64,000 nt of DNA, from contig CM060732.1 of NCBI GenBank assembly GCA_030704615.1, forward strand, positions 13,144,001 through 13,208,000. The letters are read 5' to 3'. Source of the stretch: Takakia lepidozioides. Lineage: Eukaryota > Plantae > Bryophyta. The notes below the pieces were generated by a model, which saw only the letters and a list, made by a program, of their open reading frames with translations, ran no database searches and was not told the DNA's origin. Of the stretch, positions 39,820 through 51,715 are shown piece after piece; positions within the stretch are counted from its first letter, which is position 1; each line of letters starts with the position of its first letter. Both the position numbers and the translations under genes were made by a program.

Positions 39820-40310
39820 AGGCAAGTGAGAAAGGTGCAGAGACAGTGCACTTGCAAAGAGATACTTGGTTTTGTGGAAAACGCGGAACATAGAGGGAGG
39901 TTGCAAATGGCCAAGCTGCCCATTCAAGGTGGCTCCCCAGCTAAGCACATCACCCTCCTCTTGGAAGTAGGGAACCCTTACACACAAAACACGCCATCCC
40001 ACATTTCACAGGTTATTTGCATGCCTCTAAACAATATGTGTATCTTAACTACATAAGCCATACACAACTAGATACATGCCCACCAATGTACTGAGAGGGA
40101 TGTACATTACAATCAGGTACTTCCTCTCTTTCTAGGAAAGAGAGAAGGAGAGGAAAACCACAAAGAGGTAGAGTAGCATAGATGGGGAGGATTGGACATC
40201 CATGGGGGAACAGGGGTTATACCAGAGAGGGCCAGTGAGTGCTCAGAACCACAGGCCAGCATCTTGATGTGAAAATCCTTCAATGCTTCAAGCCGTTGAG
40301 CCCTCCACAC
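39820..40310 (-). pseudogene. RCC1-repeat gene fragment (two exons with retained intron)
   Basis: RLEALKDFHIKMLACGSEHSLAL followed by a GT donor (~40220), then GDVLSWGATLNGQLGH after an AG acceptor (~39960); these are RCC1 repeat consensus motifs. Confidence 0.75.
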
Positions 40311-42708
40311 CTTTGTCTGTGACCCTACCAACCCAATTTATACGACATGCTCTAGTAACTTTCTGGTTGTCATCTTGCACAGCTTAAGCAAGCATCAGTT
40401 GATTGTACATTATATTAAATTAATATTTCCATCTAGGAATTCTCTGCAATGTGCATACTGGTGATTCTGACACCGAAAGTACATGGGTGGGTATTTTAAT
40501 TAGAGAACGCGCTATTAGGATTCTCTGAAGAAGAACACAGAACGTTGATGAATCATCAAACGAATTGCTGCGTGTATGGACTGGGATTTCACGCAGTACA
40601 CCCAGCTATAATCATTCATGTCATAGCTCACTGGTTGAATGAAGCACTGCAAACATGGACACTTGGAAACATGTTGTAGAGTATAACAGGATACTGATTC
40701 AGAAGTAAATTTTAATTAAATGTACGCTTTCCAAGGCCAAGTTGACCTTGTGAATTTCTTCCCCACACATACACCCCTCCATCCTCTGCAGACACATTCA
40801 AAGCCATCATCACTAGAAACCACATCTAGTGAATCTAGTGAACATACAATGAACATTGAACCAAATCTTCTTTGGAGGACTAAGTTGTTTTTCTATGTGA
40901 GGAACCAGGTGCCCCATTAAAAAGCAAGTCTGCGCTGCTGGACCGAAGGCTGTACAAATATATTGGAAATGTATCCACTCCGTGTTCAGCGATGAGAGGG
41001 CAAAACAGACTGAAACAGGTTGAAGAAAAGGTGCCCTCAACAATTTAGGGCCGATTTTGATTAGAAGAGAAAACAGGAAACATGGTGAAATGTGTTGAAG
41101 AAGGTGCCTTGAGTAGCAGTGCCTGATTTTATCAATTGTGCCGCTGCGATTTCCACAGCTGAACTGACAGAGATTGAAACGCGGCCTGCTAAGACCAAGC
41201 TGACTCTCCCAAGAACCTTGTAAATACCAAATCATAACAGGAGCCAAAAGCCCACATTTGCAGGATGGACTAACTTAGAACTTTACATGGTACATTAAGA
41301 AAATGCCACACCTTGTGATTGCGGTTGTCCCACCATCGTGAGGAAATTCATGGCTGAGTCTGATGAGAGGTCAAAACAGGCTGAAATAGGTCAAAGAAGA
41401 AGGTGCCCTCACCACATTGTCCTCGACCTTGTGTCATGACCCATGGAGGATTTGACTGACCATGAACACAATAGGATCTCTTGTGTGTGTTGCTTGTGTC
41501 TGTAGTCAGGTAATGTCGTATTGGTCTGTGAGAACCACCACGGTGCAGCTGAGCAGGCGTCGATTGAAACATGGACTGCTAAGACCAAGCTGTCTCTCCC
41601 CATAACCTTGTAAACATCAGGAAGAATACCAAATCATGGTACTATCAGGAGCCAAGAGCCCATTGCGGTTGCGGTGCAGGTTGCGCTTCGCCCCTTCCTG
41701 CATCAGTAGCTCAAGAATAGGTCTGCAAAGCCTCCATCCCATGCCCCTATCCTGCGATCATCGCGTTCCATGACCCAACACAACAGCTCGATACTAAGAA
41801 ACCGCGCGGGAGAAAAAGAAAAGAAAAACTAAGTCCCAACCCTCTCATGCGCAACCCTATAAGCAATTTTTTTAATTTTTTTAATCTTTTGGCTACCAGG
41901 CTAGCACTAGAAGTCATTCGGGCGACTATTTGGTGGTGAGCTCGTGCGGGTCAACCATCATTGACCAACCATCCCTCTAAGTGCGGAGCCATGCAGTCAT
42001 GACGACGTCTACCAAAGTAGTCACCCAGAGGACTACATAGTCACGTAGTCATTTCAACGACTACGTGAAGCCCCATTTGGTCCAAAAATACAGGGAAGTC
42101 ATGGTCAAAGTCAGAAAAACCATGACTACCACGGCTCGGCAGTCAGATATACCGCGATCTGCTGTAGTGATGGGGTGGAGACTTTGTGGTGGGAGTCGTG
42201 GGCTTGGGACTCATCACGGTTCATTGGGGCCGTGGTGGGTGGGCCAAGACTCACCGCGACTCATCACCGAGAGTCAAGGGTCTTTGTGGTGGTTCGCCAT
42301 AAAAGGACGGTGTTGTTTGTAAAACCCCCGCGGACAGTCACAGAAGTATATATAGGGAGTAGTAACCCCGAGAACGGTGCAAGCCCGTTGGTGACCAAAA
42401 ACTAGTGAGTAAGCGTGCGAGCTGGAAAACGACCAAGGTGTGGGGAGCTGTTCCGGACTGCCAACAACCAAAGGGAATTTCCACTAGGCCCAAAGTGAAC
42501 GAGGGTCTTGTAGAGAAGCAAAAGGGGACCGTTATGTCCCGGTGAACAGCCGAAGCTCCGAGTTGGCCCGACGGCCAGTTTGGGAGTTAGGGCGCGCATC
42601 AAAGCGAGTAACTATGATGTGAAGGAGAGCTTACCAAAGTGAGGTGCATGACACTTGGTATCAGAGCTTAGAATTCAGTACGCGATCGTCCTTGAAATCG
42701 GCCTCATC

Positions 42709-45650
42709 ATGGGGTCGGGCAAGACAAAACGAAAGCGGAACGGCCCGAAAGATGATGATCCAGGTGAGCCCGGTGGGGGCGACGTGTCACCGAAGCGACA
42801 ATTGGAAGAGGCGATTCATGCTTCTGAAAGCAAGGCCGCTCAAGAACGGGAGGAATTTTGGGAGTCGGAGCCCGAGGACTTTCCAGAGGCTCCACCAGAC
42901 CAATAGTTGCCTCCCATGTCAGCAGCCTTTTGGGAATGGTTGTTGGCGCAGTTTGGCGGGACGTTGAAAAACGTGTTGAGGGCGGCTAATGCCACTTCCA
43001 CTAAGGCAAAGTTTAAGGTGAAGCTTAAGGAACTCGACACCTTTGAGGGCGTCCGAAATCGGAAGGCACTCAACACTTGGCTCTGGAGCTAGAGCAATAC
43101 TTCCGGGCGGCCAAGTTGAGTGACAAGGATCGGGTGGAAGTAACTCCCACCTATTTGAGGGGCTATGCTCAACAATGGTGGCAGAAACGCCTTCATGACC
43201 AAGGTCCAAACCCAGAAACCTTGAGTTGGAGTGGGTTCAAGGAACTTATGAAAAGACAGTTTGTGCCCTCAACACGTCTCGGCTTGCCCGAGACAATATG
43301 AGGAATTTGAAGCAAACGGATGACATGTGGGGATATGTTCAGGCTTTCAATGTGCTGTTGCTCGAAGTCGCGGATATGGCAGAACCAGAAATGGTCTTCA
43401 ACTTTGTGGCGGGACTGGCCCCATGGGCCAAACGGAAGTTGGAGGAGAAGCCACCTAAGACTTTGAACGAGGCAATTTGAAGGGCTGAATGTTTCTCGGA
43501 TGTCCCTAGGGGCAAAAGACAAGGCCGTACGGTGGTGAACCACAAGAAGACCCGGCGGGAGGGTGACTCCTTCCGACCGGAAAAGAAGTGGGATAGGCCA
43601 CGCGGCGACAATGGCACATGGAAATCGAAGGGAGGGCCTTCACACGTCAAGGCAGCACCCGGTGCTCCGAAAGAAAAATTAGGTGCGACGGCTTATGGCG
43701 GACTGAAGGTGACCTTCGATGGAGTGTGCTTTAATTGCGGGGAGCCCGGGCACATGGCCAAGAAATGCGAAAAACCCCGACAATTGAACTTGACTCGGGC
43801 GACCACGGAGCTGTCCGAAGATTCCATCAGCCGCTTGGTGGAAGCGGTGATTGCCAAGACTTGTAAAGTAGCAACTACTCTTGTGAGTTGTATCGGTTGA
43901 CTGGCCCCTTGCGTAAAGGGAGTCAGTTAATGTTCGTGAGTGGGACAATTTCCGGAACTAATGTGTCGTTGTTGGTGGACACAAGAGCGTCGCACTCCTT
44001 CATGACACCGGCAACGGCACGGAAGTTGGGGCTCTTGACAAGTGATGTGGGGGCCTCTATTGAAGTGCGTTCTGCCAAAGGAGAACCACAACTGGCAACG
44101 AGGTTGGCGTTCGATGTTCCTCTTCACTCGGGAGTTAAGAGGGACGTGAGAACTTCATCATTTGCGAGATCAATGGAGTGGATCTCATTTTGGGGATGAC
44201 CTTTTTGAGCAAATCCGGAGTGGACATAGATGGCCGCAAAAGAATAGTCACGCTACCGTGTGGGAATGGTGATGAAGTTTTACGGGTGTCGGAAACGCCC
44301 AACCGAGTGGGAGGGCGAATAAACCTGCTGACAACAAATGAATGGGCAGTGGAGGAGCCACACAAGCCCAAGTTTTTGCTTTACGTAAGACAAGTGGAAG
44401 GAGAACTCGATAGGGAGCCTAGCCCAGATTGGATCAAGGGGATCCTGGAGAAATGCCAGGATTTACCGAGCGGCTTGCCACCGCGAAGAGGAGTTGACCA
44501 CAAGATAGAGGTGATACCGGGATTGGAGCCGCCTACCAAGGCACCCTACCGGTCGAGCCACAGAGAGTTGGTCGAGCTAAAGGCCCAGCTCAAGGATCTA
44601 ATGTCAAAGGGGTATATCCGGCTGAGTAAGTCACCTTACGGAGCCCCGGTGCTATTCACAGACAAGAAGGATGGGACGCTGCGGATGTGTGTCGATTACA
44701 GGGCTCTGAATAAGGTGACTATCAAAAACCGGTACCCTTTGCCAAGGATCGACGACCTCTTCGATCGGTTGGCAGAAGCAAAGTATTTCAGCCGGATCGA
44801 TTTGCGCTCAGGTTACCATCAAATCCGAGTGGCGGAAGGAGATGAGGAGAAGACCGCGTGCAGGACAAGATATGGTTCATATGAGTTCTTGGTGATGCCT
44901 TTGGGCTCACCAATGCACCCGCAACCTTTAGCACGCTAATGAACAGCCTTTTCCAGGAGTGGTTGGATGACTTTGTGATCGTGTACATCAACGACATCTT
45001 GGTGTATTCAAAAACAAAGGAAGAGCATCTGGAACACCTCAAAAAGGTGTTCCAGAAATTGCGGGAATGGAAGCTGTATGCCAAAGCTTCAAAGTGCGAA
45101 TTCGGGATCACAAAAGTGGAGTTCCTAGGGCATATGATTGCACAAGATGGGATCAAAATGGATGACAGAAAGGTGAGGGCGATCTTGGACTGGGAGCCTC
45201 CAACTTCGGTCCCGGGAGTGCGATCCTTCATAGGACTCGCCTCCTATTACCGAAAGTATGTGAGAAATTTCGTCAAGATCGCAGGGCCGCTGTCAGACCT
45301 TCTGTGTAAGTCCAAGGTATGGGTATGGAACACCTTTTGTGGCCAAGCTTTTGCCGAGTTGAAGCAGCGGATGGCGGAAGCTCCAGTCCTGAAAATCCCA
45401 GAGTTCGATCGTCCATTTGAGATTCATACAGATGCGTCGGACTTCGCAATTGGGGGGGTGCTCATGCAGGATGGACATCCAGTGACTTACGAAAGTAAGA
45501 AACTGAATGAAGTGGAACGACGGTGGCCTACGCACGAGAAAGAAATGAAGGCGGTGGTGCATTGCCTTGAGCTTTGGCGCCACTATGTTGGTTCCAACCC
45601 GGTGAAGGTGTTCACGGACAATGTCACGGAGAAGTATTTTGCCACACAGC
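42709..45650 (+). pseudogene. gag-pol of the gypsy element (integrase largely deleted)
   Basis: Zinc knuckle CFNCGEPGHMAKKC, protease [23 protein letters not shown]...YINDIL (catalytic DD mutated), RNase H TDASDFAIGGVL; stops and frameshifts; homology is lost at ~45650. Confidence 0.9.
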
Positions 45651-48377
45651 CTATTGGATATCCATGTCGAATACTGCCAAAGTGTCTTGTCACCTAAGTT
45701 GTTTTGGGGACAACTTACAAGCAATGTTGCTGCAGTAAGGCGATTCGATCCTCGGGGATGATCGTTCCTTAGCCTTGAAGTGGGCCAAGAAGAGTGCACT
45801 GGGTGGAGCTGGAGAGGCTCCACCTTTGGCCGGGACTTGGAGGAAGTCGGCCGAACTAGCTAGTGGAGAGTAGAGTCAAGTGGGGGTTTGGTTCTTTGCC
45901 ATGGGACGCCATGGTACGGAAACAAACTCCTTGATGTGGGACGCCACAACTTGGATGTTAGTTTCTACAAAATGGACAAGTCGATGAGGACATCGACTCC
46001 CTGTTGGTAGGGGTGTGTGTCGCGGTCCTTTGCCTTGAGGGCATGGGGTCGGGACACAAGAGGGGCTGCCCCTGTGGTGGGGGCAGTGGCAACAATAGGT
46101 ATAGGGGCTGAAGCACCATTGAGTGCCCAGGGCACTCAAGGAGGCGGAGGCGCTCACTAGGTGGAGCCCCGCACACCGGGTTGCGGTGGGTGTGGTTCCA
46201 CGAGGGGTGGTGGTAGCTTAGTGGGTCTTAGTGGGGGTGGCATAGGACTCATCATGGGGCGGAGACCTGTGGTGGGAGTCGTGGGGAGTCTTGGGACTCA
46301 TGTCATCTTGGGACACAAATCGGCGCCGACTTACCTCCATTCCATTTGACGCCCATTTACCCCCACACCCTCACCATTTACACCCCGCAAAATTAGGCGG
46401 TGTAGTGTGTAATTCCGCCGAATATGTGAATATAAACCTTCGATTCTCTTCTGCTCGTGCTCATGGCCGGTCTGCTCACCGCTCATGGAAAAACAATCCC
46501 CCAAAGCAGCCTATCTGAATTTTGGAATTTGGTAGTTTAGGTGCCATATAATCAGATTATGGAGGGCCTTTGTCTAGAAAGATTCAACTCGATACTTCAA
46601 TTTTGTGGTCAAACAATTTTTTCCATGCAATTCTTGAATATATTTATAAATTGGGGCATATAAGTTGGTTATAATCTCTCGAATGCAACGGTCAATTTGC
46701 CTATATTTTTGATAGGACATGGATCTAGTAGATATGCACATAAGTATAAGGTTCATCCCCATGGATGATTGGGGGTAAGAAGTTACACCCTCGTCCATAA
46801 GGGTATGCACCGTTTTTTAGTGGGCCCATCAAAAAATAGCTCGTCCTTTAAGGGTTAAGGTCCTAAACATAGCGAAATCCGAGTCGACAACCATCGATGG
46901 GTAAAACCTCTTTCGGAGATACATTAGTAGCTCCTTGAATTGAATTCACGTAGAAATACTCAAATAACCACCTAGAAAAATTAGATCGGTGCACACTTGA
47001 AACGTGTGAGCTCCTATGAGAGAGTAGAGGTAGTAAGCAATAAACCCCATAGAGAATATGTGAGCTATTAACCCCCTTAACTATTGAACTAGTTGGGAGA
47101 CACCTCAAGAGAGGAGAGAAACTTGCTTTTAATTTTGTCATTGTCAAAGTTGATGTTCATTTGTATGTTTTGTTTGTGAGGAGTCTTTCTCTTTTGACAA
47201 GCCCCCACTAACCCCAATAGAGGGGTGATGAGAGCTTGGAAGAGGGTGTACTAATCCTTCAAATGAGTATGATGTTGGTTTCCATTGCAAAGTCAATAGA
47301 GGGAGTAACCTTATGCGTTGGCCAAAAGGCCCATGGACATATACTTGGAGTTGACTGGTTTTCCTTCGTATATGAGAGAGACGTAATCTTGGAAGGGTGA
47401 CTAACCTTGTGGTGGGGAAGGCTCTAATCAAGTGCTATTGATCGATTTGCATAAGGCCACTAGGCTAAGAGGGTTTTGAAGTGTTATTCAAACATATGCA
47501 AAACTAACAAGTCCTAGAGCTTGTATATGAGTATGTGTTAAGTGTGAACTCTTGATAGTTCATTTTTAAGTGAGTTTGAGTCAGTGAGGACTAGTACTAA
47601 TTAAGCTGATTATGAGCTAGGCCCCCTACGACTAAGCACCAAATCCCCCAACTAACCAAGGGGAGGGTATATGTCTAACCCCACTGGAATAAGTTCCTCC
47701 CATGTTTCTGTAGTGGTTTGATTTTCGGGCAGTTTTTTTTAATTACTGGGTAGCCTAGATAAAGGCGCCAAAGGAGGAGAGCCTCACCATAGCCACAATA
47801 ATGGCTATTGGTTGAAGGCATGTTGCAGCCCAAGCAAGGACGTTGATCCAGCAAGGTCAGTCCGAGCATGCTAGCCAGGTCAATGCCTACTTAGTCCTAG
47901 ATCCTCATCACGGCTGCTAATTGGAACGACGTCAACAGCAATTCCAAATCACACCCTTGTGAAACTATCTGGGCCCACAATCGGATGCTGCTGACAGTTG
48001 TACGTAGAACGGGCATGTGGCCCTGCTACGGACATTGCGTGTTGTCGGCTGCTTTGCATTCCACGTGGCTGACGCCTCATCATGCGCCGCGTGTCAGGAT
48101 GCCCGGGTCTGCAGCTTCTGTCCATCTGCATATTCTGTGGAAGCCAAAATGGACGATTTCCAAGATATTTGGATGAATACTTTACTGGGCTCGAGAAATA
48201 CAGTAATAATAATAATATAAGCGACAAAATGAGTAAATGCACGTGGCCAGTTGCTGATGCGACGGCGCCGTTGCTTCATCGCCACTTTCTGCCATCGGCA
48301 TAAATGTACGGCTTCCAAGAAACAATTGCACATATTCTCAAGATATAGCATATAGTGTGCAATGTCTTCGTATGAAG

Positions 48378-48462
48378 GGGGTGGTGGCGCAGTTGGCTAG
48401 CGCGTAGGTCTCATAGCTGAAGAGTAATCCTGAGGTCGAGAGTTCGAGCCTCTCTCACCCCA
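48378..48462 (+). tRNA. Elongator tRNA-Met (CAT) with 11-nt intron (48416-48426)
   Basis: GGGGTGGTGGCGCAGTTGGCTAGCGCGTAGGTCTCATA[GCTGAAGAGTA]ATCCTGAGGTCGAGAGTTCGAGCCTCTCTCACCCCA matches plant nuclear tRNA-Met(e); TTTT terminator 3 nt downstream. Confidence 0.97.
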
Positions 48463-48561
48463 CGTTTTATTGTTGGTGAAAAATATAAGGCTTATGACCA
48501 AAACAGATGAAAACAAGTGCCTCAAACTGAGCCTAAACGTACTTCCAAGATAGTATATTAA

Positions 48562-49438
48562 CCCTTAAAGAACCAAGGGGGTGGTTGGAAAAATGACTTC
48601 GTAGAGGAGACCCCCATGTTTGATACCATATGTCCATATTTGGGACAAACCATGCCTGTCCACAGTTGGATTGGATGCCCCACCTTCCTGGGTAATCCAA
48701 TGCAAAAACAAAAACCGGAATTCACCATTGGATCTATGAGATCATAAAGTTTGATCTTGGGCCAATGCTGAAATTAATGGAGTTTGTCTTCTCAAATTTT
48801 ACATGGCAAAACAAATCATGGGTTTTTTCCAAATGGGAACAGGAACCGAGACCAGATTCCAGTTCCAGTGCATAAGTGAGTGAAGCATATCTCTGCAAAA
48901 TTTCAGCTGAAAAGAAGCAGATTTGATGGGACCTCATTTCTATAACAATTGGGATGGGGTTGGTGAGCTATGAACCATTTTACTGGCTATTCATATTTTG
49001 CCATGCAATAGCCACCTTTGCTAAAAGCAGAAAGCCATGCCCAACTATGGCACAACTGCCCAACTTTCGCACAACCTCTCTATAAACTTTTCTAAAAAAA
49101 CGATAGCCGCGGGAATGGGCCAACGCCATTTCAAGATAAATGGATAAAACCAATTGCCACATTGATATATTAGGAGGTCAAAATAGATAGCCAAGCCTAT
49201 CCGTGCGCCATGAAGCATCTGCGCCTCCCCAGCTTCCTTCCAAGGGTCAAGGGAGTGGTGCTTTAATCACGCAGGCACAATGGCGGGCCCAGGAACAAAT
49301 CAAGGGAGAGACTTTTGTGCGTAACTCCAAGCTGCAGACAACCTAATTTGTGGGGCCGATTTGGTTTAGATCCAAGGCCCCTAGAACAGATTAAATGACA
49401 CGTTGAGGCCTTGTGAGGGACTCGTGGTCCTTTAGGGG
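48562..49438. mobile_element. piggyBac-like MITE (877 bp)
   Basis: TTAA|CCCTTAAAGAACCAA ... GTGGTCCTTTAGGGG|TTAA (12/15 inverted match); same TIR family as 34928/46854; no transposase ORF. Confidence 0.65.
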
Positions 49439-49442
49439 TTAA

Positions 49443-49940
49443 TCAACAAGAACCTTTCTTGCCAGGGGCAGTAGTAGCCGCAAGGTAAAGTGGCTCTTAG
49501 TTCCTATTGTGGCCAGAGTCATATCTCAATCCAAAGAAACACCTAAACCAAGTAATCAAAGATTAAGCGACCCTAGGAAGGTGTTAAGCCCATGCAAGTA
49601 TGTCTAGTCATGTGTGCCTAACCATTTGCTAATCTAGATTACATGTTTATTTTACAAGCCTTGCTGTCAAAGATCAAAAGGTAGGGTATGGTTTGTATGC
49701 AGGCCTCAGGAAACAGGCCAGACAGGCCGAGCTGCGCATCGACGGCAAAACGACAAAGGCCAAAACACAGGCTGTAGCATGCCAAACCAGGAGAAGTCAG
49801 GCTGAAATCAAGGCTGCAGGCAGCAGCCACCTCACAGCGCACTAACCCACAGGTCTCCTCAGTCCATATCCCAATCTGCATGCTCAAGAAACCTCAAAGT
49901 AGGTGAGGGTCCTCACCTGGTCCCATCACAAGCCCCCACA
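49443..49940 (-). mobile_element. LTR-like sequence on minus strand
   Basis: Minus strand reads purine tract GTGGGGGCT then TGTGATGGG (start 49930); contains the conserved GAGCCAC...GCGGCTAC motif also seen at 247-297 and 31603-31650. Confidence 0.4.
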
Positions 49941-50459
49941 AAAACCAACAGATTAGTGAGGATTGTGGAACCCTAGGTGAATCACAGACCCTCACACTTG
50001 TTATCGAAGTCAACTAAGAAACTCAAAAGCAAGAGAAGGAGATAAAAACATGAGAATCCCTAAACTCCAAAGGCACCTTAAGCGATTGGGGAAGAGGGTT
50101 ATGTGCCATCACCACCCGCAACAAGCCGCCTCCACAAAGCACATAAGCAATGAAGCAAAGCAGGCACAATCGCAAGGCACTAGAAAGGAGGGAGAGAACT
50201 TCCCAACATAAGTGCCCTTGCTAAGCATAAAAAGCCAGAGGAGGGAAGATACCACTGCATTCATAGCGGTGTTTCCCGCTGCAGGAGAGACAAGGCGCTG
50301 CCTTCGCGCGCCCCCAGGCGCTCGTCCAGCATGGGTACAACACCACAAACGGGGCAGCCACCGAAGCACATCGGCCATAACACTCTCCCCGCGAGCTCAG
50401 AAGCACATCGCGTGCTTCTGACAGCGGGAGAGACGAAATAGGGTTTTTGGTCCCCCGAT

Positions 50460-50985
50460 TTTTCATCCGTGGATGAAAAACAGTAGGACGCATCCGTATA
50501 CCCTGACGGATTTCATCTGCAGCAAGGTTAAAAATAGGTTTTGGGGTAGGGGTTAGGGTTTCCACCGTAATTAATCATAATTAGGGATAGTAAAAAAGAT
50601 CAATTCCAGGCCATAATCACGTCATCCATAGACATATCACTTATGTCAGGATGAAAAAGTAGGGAATATCATCCGTAGCAGCGTCATACCTCCATCTAGG
50701 TAATTTTATCATTCCTCACCAAACCATCCGGTATGGATAAAAAGAGTCAATAAAAGAGGAATGAAAAAATTGATCCTGGTAGTTTTTCAACCGGTATGGA
50801 TGAAAAAACAGGATGTTGTTGGCAACCTCCATGGAGGTAATTTTTTTCTTCCATGGTAACTCATCCGGTATGGATGAGAGTCAACAAAGGAGGAATGAAA
50901 AAGCCAAAAGAACCATCCTAGAGGTAATTCAGTGTCCATCCTGGTGGCTCATCCGGTATGGATGAAAAAGCCGATAGAGGATGAG
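50460..50985. repeat. Dispersed-tandem palindromic repeat CATCCGGTATGGATGAAAA
   Basis: Copies or variants at ~50465, 50490, 50725, 50790, 50862 and 50950. Confidence 0.7.
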
Positions 50986-51589
50986 AAAACAAGAAGTCAA
51001 CACTGATAGCAAACTGCCAATTCCCAGTAGAGAGGGAGACAGAGGGAGAGAGGAGGCAACAAAGAAAAAAAAAAAGTCTGCTGAGTCACTCTCCCCACCA
51101 TTTATTTATTTATTTTTTGGTTTCCTGATCTCTCCCTCGCTCTCCCTCTCTTTTAAGCTCCTGACGAGATGAGTTTAAGGTCAGATCGTGGGGTCAGCTG
51201 GAGCATATGTCCAACACCAGATATCCTAAGTTAATCGACTCTATATCTTGGAAAGGGGACCGCCTAGGACTATTACAATAACTGAAATACGTAGTTAATT
51301 AAAACCAACTAACGACGATAGATATGGTTACCTTAGATCCTCTACTAATATATTAAAACCATCTCGAGTTTTTTTTTCTTGATATAGGCTAGTGGGTTAT
51401 ATTGTCTGGAATGAGTACTGCAGGTGGGTGTATGTTGTGGCTTATAACAGGGCACGGTTGGACATTCCAAAGGGTCTCATAGGCAAACTAATTGCTGGTA
51501 CGTTACTCCAACTTTTAGGTCCAATATTGTCGACAAGAAAAGATTATTTGAAACTTGGTGCTAGATATGGTGTATGAAGAGTTGGGGGA

Positions 51590-51715
51590 GCAACGGGACC
51601 GCTTATGTCCTGACGAGTAGCCGAAGCTCCGAGTTGGCCCGGCGGCCAATTTGGGAGTTAGGTGCAAGAATCAAAGAGAGTAACTATGAAGTTTACCGAA
51701 GTGAGGTGCGCGATA
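51590..51715 (+). mobile_element. Isolated LTR 3'-end fragment of the same gypsy family
   Basis: AGCCGAAGCTCCGAGTTGGCCC...GAGTAACTATGA...GTGAGGTGC matches 42525-42653. Confidence 0.75.

Larger units (their letters stand above)
35856..42169. mobile_element. Non-autonomous CACTA (En/Spm) element carrying captured gene fragments (Pack-CACTA)
   Basis: 30-bp TIRs CACTACAACATATCGCGGTATATATGACTG / CAGTCAGATATACCGCGATCTGCTGTAGTG (27/30), 3-bp TSD ATG (35853-55, 42170-72), ATGACT/AGTCAT subterminal repeats. The empty site is visible in the 3' LTR (CATCATGGGG at 46250). Confidence 0.93.
35617..46300 (+). mobile_element. Ty3/gypsy LTR retrotransposon, degenerate; 5' LTR 35617-35855 + 42173-42653 (split by CACTA), 3' LTR 46018-~46300 (truncated)
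   Basis: Both LTRs start TGTCGCGG, with about 9 mismatches over the first 239 bp. PBS TGGTATCAGAGC (tRNA-iMet) at 42656; purine-rich tract before 46018; gag-PR-RT-RH order. Confidence 0.92.
34928..46854. mobile_element. piggyBac-like non-autonomous element (outer shell of the nest)
   Basis: TTAA|CCCCTAAAGAACGA ... TCGTCCTTTAAGGG|TTAA (12/14 inverted match, TTAA on both sides); inverted TGAGCA/TGCTCA subterminal repeats at ~35380-35425 and ~46450-46490. Confidence 0.55.

Noticed and set aside
41355-41395. Hammerhead ribozyme core (CTGATGA...GAAA)
   Set aside because: The sequence between the boxes cannot form stem II and no stem I/III pairing is evident.
50545-50562. Interstitial telomeric repeats (also ~17669 and ~36414)
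   Set aside because: Only one or two imperfect units each; at most telobox-like.
46301-51715. Continuation of the gypsy 3' LTR at 51590 (tRNA enclosed within one LTR)
   Set aside because: The 51590-51715 piece is more diverged than the LTR pair, and its 3' flank (GGAAG) does not match the 5' flank (GTCCG), so there is no TSD; treated as a separate fragment.
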